Shown in pieces: positions 40,620-55,000 of a stretch of 64,000 bases of DNA (the first letter of the stretch is position 1; each line of letters starts with the position of its first letter). A model generated the notes under the pieces. That model did not search any database. It saw only the letters and a program-made list of their open reading frames with translations, and was not told the DNA's origin. This stretch comes from Mobula hypostoma (taxonomy: Eukaryota): contig NC_086097.1 in NCBI RefSeq assembly GCF_963921235.1, forward strand, positions 228,286,001-228,350,000, written 5' to 3'. Made by a program: the position numbers and the translations under genes.

Positions 40620-41301
40620 TATATTTTTGACATGTCACTTTTAAATCCTGAACCTGGACTAGTTTGTTCTTGTCATATGTACCAAGTACAGTGGAAAAAC
40701 TTGTCTTGTATACCATTCCTACAGATCAATTCATTACAATAATGTGTTGAAGTAGTACAAGGTAATACAATATCAGAATGCAGAAAAAAAATCATTACAG
40801 CTACAGAGAAAGTGCAGCGCATGTAGAGGATAAGGTGCAGGATCACAACGAGATCAATTGCAAGGTCAGGAATCCATCTTATCCCACTAAGGAACCATCA
40901 ATAGTGTTATAACAGCAGAGTAGAAGCTGTCCTTAAGCTTCAGATGGTACATGCGAAAGGGGAGAAAAGAGGACTTTGAGGGGGTGGAGTCTTTGATTAT
41001 GCTGGATGCTTTACTGAGGCAGCAAAAACAATAGGAAAAGTCCACAAAGAGGGGGGCTGGTTTCTTGCAATCACAGGCACAGCAGTTCCCATACAAAACA
41101 GTTGTACATCCAAATAGGATGCTTTCTGGGGCATCAAAGGAACAAGGTAGAGTACCTTAATTTCTACCACCCAGTGTCGCTGACATCTACCTTCATGAAG
41201 TGCTTCAAGAGGCATAAAATACATTCAACCCAGCTCCCCAGACAACCTTGACCCGGTGAAATTTGCCTACTGTCAAAACAAGCCTACGGTGGACACAATC
41301 T
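40620..41301. mobile_element. Degenerate Rex1/Babar-type fragments (- then +)
   Basis: 3' tail on the - strand. A + strand RT piece (LDP.KFAY) breaks at the Tc1 and resumes at 43467. Confidence 0.55.
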
Positions 41302-43464
<2,163 letters not shown>

Positions 43465-43569
43465 TATTTCTGGAAAATCTGGACAGTATAGATGCCTACA
43501 TCAGACTATTGTCTATTGACCACAGCTTTGCCTTTGATACTATAATTCGAAGCAAACCCATCATCAAAC

Positions 43570-45290
43570 TCAACGTTTAAAGTAAGTTTATTATCGAAGT
43601 GCACCTAACTGTACATGCTTTCTTCATGATTGCACTTGTCTGCTGGGCCAAGGCCAGGTCCTATGCAATGATAACACTAAGGAATTTAAAGTTGCTGACC
43701 CTGTCTACCTCTGATCCCCAATGAGGATGAAGACTGGCTCGTGGACCTCCAGTTTCTTGCTGACATTGAGTGAAAGGTTGTTGTTGTGGCACCACTAAGA
43801 TTTTCAATCTACCTGCTGGATACTGATTTGTCACCAGCTTTGATTCAGCCAATGACGGTGGTGTCATCAGCAAACTTAAAGATAGCATTGGAGTTGTGCT
43901 CGGATTAAAGGGTCATAATATAAATCAAGTAGAACAGGGGATTAAGCACACAGCCTTGTGGTGCATCTATCCTGGTGGTTATTTTGGTTATCCTGGTGGA
44001 TATTTTGGTGAAGATATTTTTGCCAATCCGAACTGACTGGGCTCTGCAAGTGCAGAAATCAAGGATCTAGTTGCCCAAGGTGGCATTGAGGCCTAGGACT
44101 TGGAGCTTATTGATTAGGTTTGAGGGGATGATAGCATTGAATGCCAAGCTGTAGTCAATGAAGAGCATCCTGATGTATGCATCTTCACAGTCCAGATATT
44201 TCAGGGGTTGAGTGAAGAGCCAATGAATAGCATCTGTTGTTGACCTGTTGTGATGATAGGCAAATTGGAGCAGATTCAAGTTGCTCCTTCGACAGGAGTT
44301 AATATGTTTCATCACCAAGCTCAAAGTACTTCATCACAGTGGTGGTAATTGCTGCTAGGCAATAGTTATTGAGCAGGCTACCATGTTCTTCTTAGGCACT
44401 GTTATCATTGAAGCCTGCTTAAAGCAGGTGGGTATCTCAGACTGCCAAAGTGAAATCAGTGAACACATCAGCCAGTTGAATAGCACAGAACTTCAGTACT
44501 CGGCCAGGTACCCCATCTGGCCAGGATGCTTTCCTTGGGTTCACCCTCTGGAAGGATGTTCTCACATCAGCCTCAGAGACTGAAATCACAGGATTGTCAA
44601 AGGCTGTGGAAGTTCATGAAGATACCGCCATCTTTTGACAGTCAAAGTGAGCATAAAAGGCATTGACCTCATCTGGGAGCAAAGCCTTGTTGTCACCTAT
44701 GTCGTTTAGGTTCTCTTTGTGGGAGGTGATAGCATTCAAGCCCTGCCACATCTGTCAGCACCTCCCTCTGCAGTTGGATCCTTGACTTCCTGACCAACAA
44801 ACGGCAATCAGTAAATATAGACAGCAACACCTCTGCCATGATTATTCTCAGCTCTGGTACTCCATAAGGCTGCATCTTCAGCCCCCTACTCTATGCACTC
44901 AATGACTCCGGCCAGATTCTGCTCTAACTCCATCTACAAGTTTGCACTGTAGTGCACCATATCTCAAATAGTGATGAGTTGGAGTACAGGAAAGAGATGG
45001 AGAGCTCAGTAGCATCATGTCATAACAACCTTTCTGTCAATATCAGCAAGAGCTGGTCATTGACTTCAGGAAGGGAGAGGTGCATGTGCTCTTGTCTGCA
45101 ACAACAGTGTAGAGATTGAGAGGGTGGGAGCTTCAAGTTCCTCGGAGTGAACATCACCAGTAGCCTGCCCTGGTCCAGCCACGTAGACATCACAGCCAAG
45201 GAAGCTCACCAGTGCTTCTACTACTTCTACTTCCTCAAGGAGCTAAAGAAATTTGGCATGTTCCCGTCAACCCTTACCAATTTTTTATCA
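43570..45290. mobile_element. Rex1/Babar-type RT fragments (- to ~44760, then +)
   Basis: LQFAY..NRSTTDAI..IRMLFIDYSLAFN (44067..44324 -) and KFLGVNIT..FLKELKKFG (45147.. +). Confidence 0.75.
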
Positions 45291-45535
45291 ATGCTCTTTG
45301 AACAATACTTAAAAGTGATGTGCTTTCACTGAAAAAAATTTAATTTGTGATCTTATTGATTATAAATACTGGAATATATTTACACTAGGGAGATTGGGAA
45401 TGATTATGGAAATGTTGATGTAAATTACTGAAAAGAAATTAATATTTGACATTCTGACTTATTTTTGAAATATTGCATGATAAAGTGTGCTATTCTGTAA
45501 TTTCATTGATAATAAATTACACTTTTCCTTTTCAG

Positions 45536-45725
45536 AAATAATGTTAAATCTGGTTTGGACACCAGAGATAGTTCCTTGACCTTCGGTGATGGCAACATAA
45601 AAGGCAACATCAGAAACTCATCTAGTCAACAACTGCCAAGATTTTGTCATCAATGTGGAACCAAGTATCCTGTGGAAGGTGCAAAATTCTGCTGTGAATG
45701 TGGAATGAGAAGGTTGATGCTTTGA
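45536..45725 (+). CDS. ZC2HC1A: ZC2HC1A terminal coding exon (C-terminal zinc-ribbon-like motif)
   Basis: cttttccttttcAG acceptor. ...GNIKGNIRNSSSQQLPRFCHQCGTKYPVEGAKFCCECGMRRLML*, TGA at 45723-45725, similar to human LPKFCHECGTKYPVEWAKFCCECGIRRMIL*. Confidence 0.95.
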
Positions 45726-46839
45726 TCATATAATATGAATATTTTCCAAGGAAATATTAGTACAATTTTCAAAGCATTTTCATACATGAGCATTGCACTG
45801 TTCAACATTACAAAATTTAATCCAAGATCAAAATGCATCACTTAAAGACAAATTACAATAATTAAAACAATAGAGCAATCTTTGAATTATATGCAGTGCA
45901 ATATAAGCAATTATAAAATTGTAGTGTTTTATAAAATTGCTATTCACGTTATATCGGAGTGCTTGTTTTTCCAATTGGCTGCCATACATTGAGTGAAAGT
46001 AGTCTGCATAACAGAGAAATTCCTCTGCTTATCAGGTGAAAGTAAAATTTAACATCCTTTGGTGACTTAATAGAGGTACAATGAAATGTAACATTTGGAA
46101 AGTGTAATCCCGATAAATATGTTGCAGCTCAGTTGTCCAAATGTAATAGCAAGTTCATTATTTCTTGAGTACAGTATAAACTTGATAATGCAAATAATAC
46201 ATTGCTCAGCAAATTATAAAAATGGAATGTATCAAATGTAGCAAAGTAAATTCATTCTGCAAAAAATAGGAATAGGAGAAAAATGTCAAGATGAAAGCAT
46301 TCACTTCACCTCGTGTATCATATATCAGTTTAGTTTACACACATCACTTTGTCACAAACTATGCTGAATATTTGTATGGCTGCTGCAAATTATACAGATA
46401 CAGTGCCAGTTTAGAGCTGTTATGTTGGTAAATGTCTATGACCAGCTTGTTGGGTTGATAGCCATTTTCTCATTGGCAAAGCATTTTAACTTCTGACACT
46501 GAAAATGTAACTGCATGATATTATGGTTTGAAAGTAAATCTATCTATATGCAGATTATTGTGACAACACAGGATTGAGATTTAAAGTCCTCGAAAACAAA
46601 CATTATATAGAAACAGGTTCTATACTGGTACAAGCTTACATATATTCAGTCATTGTGCTGAATCACATTTCTCTTGTAGTGTTAGAAATTGCAATTTAGT
46701 GTTCTGTTAGTACCACTGTGCAGTGTTTATTCATGTAACTAGCAGATGTTTTATGTAAATAATCTGATATTTCTAAATATCAAAAGGTAAACCCAATGAT
46801 ATTGAAATGTTAAACACTCAGCCCTGCGGACTTTTTTTG

Positions 46840-46845
46840 AATAAA
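46840..46845 (+). terminator. Candidate polyadenylation signal of ZC2HC1A
   Basis: First AATAAA I could find downstream of the stop, after ~1.1 kb of apparently repeat-free AT-rich 3'UTR-like sequence, with a T/GT-rich tract downstream. Confidence 0.4.
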
Positions 46846-47044
46846 ATGGATCCTGAAAGTCATCCAGCAACTCTTAAATATAGAAAGAAGACAATGTAGA
46901 TGTTTTCTTTTGTTCATGATTTATTTATTTGAATTTGCTATCTCAATGTAATGAAAGTTCATCTATCAGAAAGAATCTTTTTTTATTTTGTTTTTGGAAT
47001 CTCTAGAAATAGTTATTTAGGGATCCAGTCTTGGTCTGATATAA

Positions 47045-47375
47045 ATCATGAATCAGAAAGTTGTGGATCATTGTTCCAAGACGTAAGAATGTATTGAATC
47101 TGGCAATCATTGCAGTACTGGGTTCAGTACTCACTGGTGCTGACTTTCACATGAGACTTTCAAGGACCTGTTAACCTTGTGGTGAAATTAAAAGATTCCC
47201 ATGCCACTATTTAAAAGTTAGTAGCATCTGTCTTGCATCCTAGCCAATGTTTATCCCCCAATTAATATCACATTTGTTTTTGCTGATTAGCTGCTCACTG
47301 TATGCCATGTTTCTCTAAGAACATTGACTCCATTTAAAATGTATTTTTGATGTGAAAGTATAGCAGGACACCTAT
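47045..47375 (+). mobile_element. Ancient Deu-domain SINE remnant (SacSINE1/AmnSINE-like)
   Basis: aaaagattcccatgccactatt..tcctagccaatgtttatcccc..tgtttctcta..acattgact resembles the Deu core as I recall it (AAAGATCCCATGGCACTATT..TCCTGGCCAATATTTATCCC). Confidence 0.6.
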
Positions 47376-48054
47376 TGTCTTGAGCCAAGTGGCTTAATTC
47401 TGCTCCTATGTCTTATAGTGTGTAATATAAAAGGGGGTTGGCTGATTGAGAAAGTAACCTGGTAATGAATTACATCACATTTTTGGCAGTAAATACATTA
47501 AGTACCACTGAAGTTACTCAGTGGAACAATTTTATAAGAAACTTTGTTTATTTTAATGGAATTCCTTGTAATAACTTAAGTTTATTAAAAGAGTAGAAGA
47601 TAGAATTTTCCTTGTTGTACACTGGTATCATATTAGAGGGGACAGGGTCTTATATATGGGGAAATAATCCGCTTGTGTTAGGTTAGCTTAATAGTTGTTG
47701 TTCCTCCTCGCCTTAAACTCACTTTGTGCTTGTTCAGCCTTAAAGCTTATAAGAAGCACAGCATTGTGAAACGGTCTGAATTTAAAGGAATTTGAGGATC
47801 TTGAAACAAATGTCTGGAGATGTTCGTGAATCTGTGATGGCCACACTTGCCATTATGTAATATCTAGATACTTAGTAATTGAAGATTGTGCTTTTTTTTT
47901 AAAAAAATGGGCTTTCGATCTGCCTACTTTATGGTGTCTAAGAAGATCTGGAGCACTGGGGAATGTTTGTTCCATTTAGAAGAATGTTCAGAGGTGTCAC
48001 ATACAGTATTCAGTATAGGAAAAGGCTCTTCAACCCAATTAATATGTTTCAGGG

Positions 48055-48400
48055 TTATCCAGCATGAAAACAGGCTTTTCCACCCAAATGGTCCATACCA
48101 ACCATGTTGCCTACTTGAGCATTTCCCATTTGCCTGCTTTTGGCCCATGTCCCTCTAAATCTTCCCAAGCCATGTACCTGTCCAATTGTCTTTTAAGCAT
48201 TATAATTGTACCCATTTCTACCATTTACTTAGTTCATTCTATACCAACCTCTGTGTGGAAAAAGCTGCCCCTAGGATCTGCTTTAAATCTTTCCCCTCTC
48301 ACCTTAAAACTACATCTTTAGCTTTAACTCCCCTAGGAAAAAGGACTGTGTCCCTCATGATGTTATATCCTTCTGTAAGGTCACCTTCCAGCTTCCTACA
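48055..48400 (-). mobile_element. CR1 3' fragment, degenerate
   Basis: CR1 3'UTR and FHTEVG-type C-terminal remnants. Confidence 0.65.
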
Positions 48401-48607
48401 CTGATGTTCATATTCAGTTGTGTTCATTCTCCATGCAGGTATCTTTCTTTCCATTTCTCATCTTCCTCATGCCAGCCTTTGAGGATATTTCTATTCCCAG
48501 TTCTCTCATACATACACTTGATTTCATTGTGAAAATGCCTCAAGAATTTGCTGAGATAGGGAGCACCAAGTTTTTTTGCATTCCTGAGTAAAAAAAATCC
48601 TCTATTA

Positions 48608-49122
48608 AGGCTGATTTATACTTGTGCGTCAAATGGATGCCGTGACCTACGCAAGTGGCCTACGCGCGTTGTGAGCATTTATACTTATGCGTTGGTGTGT
48701 CTGCGTTGCTCTGCAATTCGGGCACATCGCACATGCGCACGCACCTGCCCGCGCAATGCTTCATGGTCATGGTAGTCTTTCTCGGGGTAAACAAGTTTAA
48801 AGCGAGCTTCTTTTTTCGTAAAAGTGAAATGTGTCCTCCATAATTTTGGAGGTCTATAAAGCTTTATGGAAAGCATTGCAGCCAGAGTTCCTTCCCTGCC
48901 CTTCAGTCGGCCCATAGGAAGCTATTGCAGCGTAGGAGGAAATGCAATGCTACCAGGCGGACCAATCACAGATGTTGCGGTCTGCGTTGCTGTGACGCGT
49001 GGTTACATTTCGGGAGAGGTGCGCATCAGGCTACGGCGTAGGGATCCGCATAGGCTCCACGTAGGGTTCACGGCGACGCTGTAGGTACGGTGCGGAGTTG
49101 ACGTACAAGTATATATCAGCCT
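48608..49122. mobile_element. PIF/Harbinger-type MITE
   Basis: TIRs AGGCTGATTTATACTTGTGCGTCAA / TTGACGTACAAGTATATATCAGCCT. TTA TSD at 48605-48607 and 49123-49125. CpG-rich and non-coding. Confidence 0.82.
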
Positions 49123-49438
49123 TTAGATTCATCAGTATTTATACTCCACTTGTTGAAGACTGCAAAAATTTAAAACGTTCCATTTTTCCCCATCTAACTA
49201 CCTAATAACATTAAAGTGACCTTTATATTTCCTTGGAAACCAGACATAAAGTGTGGTCTTACCAGGATAAGCCATAAGTTTAACTGTTAGCATTTTCAAT
49301 TTCTTGCCGACCTCTGACACTGCACTAATAGATCTGTCCCTCTATTCCTTTGCTCCTATGACCCTTTCAGTTTCTCTTTTAAAGGTGTGGATTATTTTTC
49401 TGTTTTTCCTATCAAACAGCCACATAGAATGCTTATAG

Positions 49439-51385
49439 CAGTGGTCCCCAACCACCGGGCCGCAAAGCATGTGCTACCGGGCCGCGAGGAAACGATATGA
49501 GTCAACTGCACCTTTCTTCATTCCCTGTTACGCCCACTGTTGAACTTGAACGCACGCGAGGTCATCAGTCGGTCATTAACCTGCAACTACTCAATGAGTA
49601 AAACACAAACGTCGCTTGAGAGTTTCTTTGGAAGAGATGGTAGGGGACATAAAAGGCCTAATGATGATGATAATGCAGAGACAGCTGAGGCTGAGACTGC
49701 CAAAAAAAAACAAGCTTCCTTCAACAGAAAGTACGACGAGTCGTACGTAAAATATGGCTTTATTGCAACCGGTGACTCCAAGCCCCCGGTGTGTGATATG
49801 TGGAGACAAGCTGTCTAATGAGGCAATGAAGCCCTCAAAACTGCTTCAGCACCTTGAGTCCAAGCACCCTGCATTTAAAGACCAAACCGTTGAGTTTTTT
49901 GAGCGGAAAAAACGTGAGCAAGCGGGACAGAAGCAAGTGTTGAGAGCCACCACCTCCACAAATGCTGCTGCTCTGAGAGCGTCATACTTAGTGGCTGGCT
50001 GTATTGCTCAGGCTAAGAAGCCTTTCACTGTTGGTGAAGAATTGATTCTGCCTGCTGCCAAGGACATGTGCCGTGAACTGTTGGGAGAAGCTGCAGCTAA
50101 CAAGATGGCACAGGTTTCTCTTTCAGCTACCACAGTCTCAAGGAGAATCGATGACATAGCGGAGGACATCGAAGCACAGCTGTTGGAATGGCTTAACGAG
50201 TCTGGTTTCACTACCCGAGTCAAAGCGGTTGTTCCTGAATGCCAGTTTACACACTGTGTCACACACTGGGAAATGCTGGCTGGCCGAAAAATGTCACCTG
50301 ATCTTAACAGCGTATTGAGTGACGTTGTTGAAGTTATCAATCACATCAAAACAAAAGCTCTTAACTCAGCAGCTTTGCGAGGAAATGGATGCAGAGCACA
50401 AACGCCTTCTCTTACACACTGAAGTCAGGTGGCTATCAAGGGGCAGAGCCCTGGCCAGGGTTTTTGAGTTAAGAGAGCAGCTACAGAGATTTCTTTCAAG
50501 AAAAAAGTCACCACTGGCAGCACACTTCAGTGACGAGGAGTGGATAGCAAAACTCACTTATCTGTGTGGCATCTTCAACCTGCTCAATGAACTCAATTTG
50601 TCGCTTCAGGGGAAAATGACAACTGTCTTCAAGTTGACAGATAAAAGTGTCTGCTTACAAAGCCAAACTGGAACTGTGGGGACGGCGAGTGGACAGGGAC
50701 ATATCTGAGATGTTCCCAACATTAGCTGGGAATTTGGGAGAGACTGAGGCTCACAGCTGGTGCACGAACACTTATCTTCACTGTCGACAGAATTTGAGCG
50801 TTACTTCCCAGCCACAAACGACCCAAGACGTGCAAAGGAATGGGTCTATGACCCATTTGTGAATGTCTCTGGTGAATCATCTATGTCAGCGCGGGAAGAA
50901 GATCAACTCCTCGATCTTGCAAATGACGGTGGGCTGAAAAGTATGTTTGACATAACATCTCTGCTGGCATTCTGGATCAAAGTCAAGGCTGAATATCCTG
51001 AGATAGCCACGAAAGCACTGAAAACGTTGCTTCCAATTCCAACATCATATCTCTGTGAAGCAGAGTTTTCTGCAATGAATGCAACGAAAACTAAATTGTG
51101 GAATAGACTGGACATAAGGATCTCCCTTACGACTTATAATTGACTTACCACTATATTCATGCGAGGAAAATATGCGCTGTGTGTTTAACATTAAATTCGT
51201 TAGATAAACCCTTTTAGAAACAAAATTGAGTGTATTAGCTACTGATAAGTGACTCATAGTTGAATTAGCACCAATATTCCGGTCGTGATTAACACACCAC
51301 CCCCCCCCCCCCCCAGTCGGCCAGTCTGCGAGAATATTGTCAATATTAAACCGATCCGTAGTGCAAAAAAGGTTGGAGACCCCTG
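49439..51385 (+). mobile_element. hAT (Buster/Charlie) transposon, internally deleted, frameshifted transposase
   Basis: TIRs CAGTGGTCCCCAACC / GGTTGGAGACCCCTG. Perfect 8-bp TSD GCTTATAG. BED finger CVIC..MKPSKL..HL...H, THCVTH.E, VRWLSRG, YLCEAEFS. Confidence 0.95.
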
Positions 51386-52064
51386 GCTTATAGGTTAAAT
51401 GTCAAAGAGCTGTCCAGTCTGTGTTATATTGCAGCCTTCTTCAGTCATGCACATAATCACTAATTGGGAACATGACTTAAAGTTTGCTTATTGCAAAGGT
51501 CAAAGCAGTCAATAAAATTATAAATAACTGTTCTGGTAGCACTGATCCCGTGTAGAATATCACTCACAGCCTTCTGGTTCTAAATAGGCATGCCTTGCTG
51601 TTTTAGCCATTCCTAAATTACAGCTGTTTGTCTTCTAACTCAGTATGCCTTAACCTGTGTCACAAGCTTACCCTAAAGAACACTATCAAAAACCTGAAAA
51701 TCCTAGCACACAATATTTTTCATTCTCCTTGTTCCTCTGCAATCTATGCTGATTTTTAATTTTTTTTTGTTTCTAGATGTTCTATTTTTATTTTGGAACA
51801 AATTGTTATCTTTAACTGATGTTAAGCAAAGGACTGTAACTCCCAAGTTTTGTTCCAATCTGCTTTTGCATATAGAACTATATCAACTGTCCTCTAGTGT
51901 GAGCTCTCTTTAATGGAACCCCTGAAAGTTTCTACTAATAAACAACTTGTATTTTTTTTAAGAATTTTTCATATTAATTTTAGCCCCTAATACACGTTTG
52001 ACTTGGTGACAAGTTATGAAACTGACTGTCTTGGTGCAAAGGAAGGCACATGCAATTGTAATTA

Positions 52065-55000
52065 ACATAGAAAACCTACAGCACTATACAGGCCCTTCGG
52101 CCCACAAAGCTGTGCTGAAAATGTTCTTACCTAAGAAATTACCCAGGGTTACCCATTGCCCTCAAGTTTTTTCTGAGCACCATATACCTGTCCAGGAGTC
52201 TCTTAAAAGACCTTATCATATCTGCCTCCACCACCGTCACCGGCAGCCCATTCCGCACACTCACCACTCTCTGCGTTTAAAATAATAATAATAATAATAA
52301 TACTTACCCCTGATATCTCCTCTGTACCTACTTCCAAGCATCTTAAAACTGTGCCCTCCCGTGCAAGCAATTTCAGACCTGGGAAAAAGCCTCTGACTAT
52401 CCACACGATTAATGCCTGTCATCAGCTTATACACCTCTATCAGGTCACTTCTCATCCTCCATTGCTCCAAGGAAAAAAGGACAAGTTCACTCAACCTATT
52501 CTCATAAGGCATGCTCCCCAATCTAGACAACATCCTTGTAAATCTCCTCTGCACCCTTTCTGTGGTTTCCACATCCTTCCTGTAGTAGGCGACCAGAACT
52601 AAGCACAGTACTGCAAGTGGGATCTGACCAGGGTCCTATATAGCTGCAACATTACCTCTCGACTCCTAAATTCAATTCCACGATTAATGAAGGCCAATGC
52701 GCCGTATGCCTTCTTAACCACAGAGTCAACCTGCACAGCAGCTTTGAGTGTCCTATGGACTCGGACCCCAAGATCCCTCTGATCCTCCACACTGCCAAGA
52801 GTCTTACCATTAATTCTATATTCTGTCATCATATTTGACCTACCAAAATGAACTACCTCATACTTACCTGGGTTGAACTCCATCTGTCACTTCTCAGCCT
52901 AGTTTTGCATCCTATCAATGTCCCGCTGTAACCTCTGACAGCCCTCTACACTATCCACAACACCTCCAACCTTTGTGTCATCAGCCAATTTACTAACCCA
53001 TCCCTCCACTTCTTCATCCAGGTCATTTGTAAACATCACAAAGAGTAGGGGTCCCAGAACAGATCCCTGAGGCACAACATGGGTGACCGACCTCCATGCA
53101 GAATATGACCCATCTACAACCACTCTTTGCCTTCTGTGGGTAAGCAGGTTCTGGATCCACAAAGCAATTTCCCCTTGGATCCCATGCCCCTTTACTTTCT
53201 CAATAAGCCTTGCATTGGGTACCTTGTCAAATGCCTTGCTGAAATCCATATACACTATATCTACTTCTCTGCCATTATCAATGTGTTTAGTCACATCCTC
53301 AAAAAATTCAATTTGGCTCATAAGGCATGACCCGCCTTTCACAAAGCCATGTTGACTATTCCTAATCATATTATGCCTCTCCAGATGTTCATAAATCCTC
53401 CCTCTCAGGATCTTCTCCATCAACTTACCAAACCACTGAAGTAAGACTCACTGGTCTATAATTTCCTGGACTATCTCTACTCCCTTTCTTGAATAAGGGA
53501 ACAACATCCGCAACCCTCCAATCCTCCAGAACCTCTCCAGTCCCTATTGATGATGCAAAGATCATCGCCAGAGGCTCAGCAATCTCCTCCCATGCCTCCC
53601 ACGGTAGCCTGGGTTACATCTCGTCAAGTCCCGGTGACTTATCCAACTTGATGCTTTCCAAAAGCTTCTGTACATCCTCTTTCTTAATATCTACAAGCTC
53701 AAGCTTTTCAGTCCGTTGCAAGTCATCACTACAAGTGCCAAGATCCTTTTCTGTAGTGAATACTGAAGCAAAGTACTCGTTAAGTTCCTTTGCTATCTTC
53801 TCCAGTTCCATACACACTTTTCCACTGTCACACTTGATTGGTCCTATTCTCTCACATTTTATCCTCTTGCTCTTAACATACTTGTAGAATGCCTTAAGGT
53901 TTTCCTTAATCCTGTTGCCAAGTCCTTCTCGTGCACCCTTCTGGCTCTCTTAATTTCTTTCTTGAGCTCCTTCTTGTTAGCCGGATAATCTTCTAGTTCT
54001 CTGTCATTATCTAGCTTTTTGAACCTTTCGTAAGCTCTTCTTTTCTTCTTGACTAGATTTACAACAGCTTTTATACACCTTGGTTTCTGTACCTGACCAT
54101 CCTTTCCCAGTCTCATTGGAAAATACCTATGGAGAACTCCACGCTATTATCCCCTGAATATTTGCCATGTTTCTTCTGTACATTTCCCTGAGAACATCTG
54201 TTTCCAGTGTATGCTTCGAAGTTCCTGCCTGATGGCATCATATTTCCCCTTACTCCAATTAAGTGCTTTCCTAACTTGTCTGTTCCTATCCCTCTGCAAT
54301 GTAAAGGAGATAGAATTGTGATCACTTTCTCCGAAATGCTCTCCCACTGAGAGATCTGACACTTGACCAGGTTCATTTCCCAATACCAGATCAAGTACAG
54401 CCTCTCCTCTTGTAGGCTTATCTACATACTGTGTCTAGAAACCTCCTTGAACTCACCTAACAAACTCCACCCTTTCTGAACCCCTTGCTCTAGGTACATG
54501 CCAATCAATATTTGGGAAATTAAAATCTCCCACCACGACAACCCTGTTATTATTACACCTTTCCAGAATCTGTCTCCTTATCTGCTCCTCGATATCCCTG
54601 TTACTATTGGGTGGACTATAAAAAAAACACCCAGTAAAGTTATTGACCCCTTCCTATTTCTAACTTCCACCCACAGAGACTCCGTAGACAATCCCTCCAT
54701 GTCTCCCTCCTTTTCTGCAGCTGTGACACTATCTCTGATCAACAGGGCCACGCCCCACCTCTTTTGCCTCCTTCCCTGTCCTTTCTGAAACATCTAAAGC
54801 CTGACACTCGAAGTAACCATTCCTGCCCCTGAGCCATCCAAGTCTCTGCAACCGCCACAACGTCATAGCTCCAAGTACTGATCTACGCTCTAAGCTCATC
54901 CGCTTTGTTCACGATACTCCTTGTATTAAAACAGACACCTCTCAAACTTCAGTCTGAGCACATCCCTTTTCTGTCACCTGCCTATCCTCCATCTCGCACT

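Noticed and set aside
47717..47780. Perfect minus-strand donor AAA|GTGAGT
   Set aside because: The phase-0 frame is closed and no recognisable peptide results.
47924..48148. ORF containing SCWITLKHI, cytokine-like
   Set aside because: The CW lies in a CR1 3'UTR tail.
48420..48600. Strong-looking minus-strand acceptor (ttttttttactcAG|GAA) as a possible IL7 middle exon
   Set aside because: It reads FFTQECKKTWCSLSQQILEA, a decayed CR1 FFTQRVV..WNSLP..VEA motif.
49540..51143. Domesticated ZBED5/ZBED8/SCAND3-like gene
   Set aside because: Frameshifted, internally deleted and still bounded by TIRs and a TSD, so it is a transposon copy.
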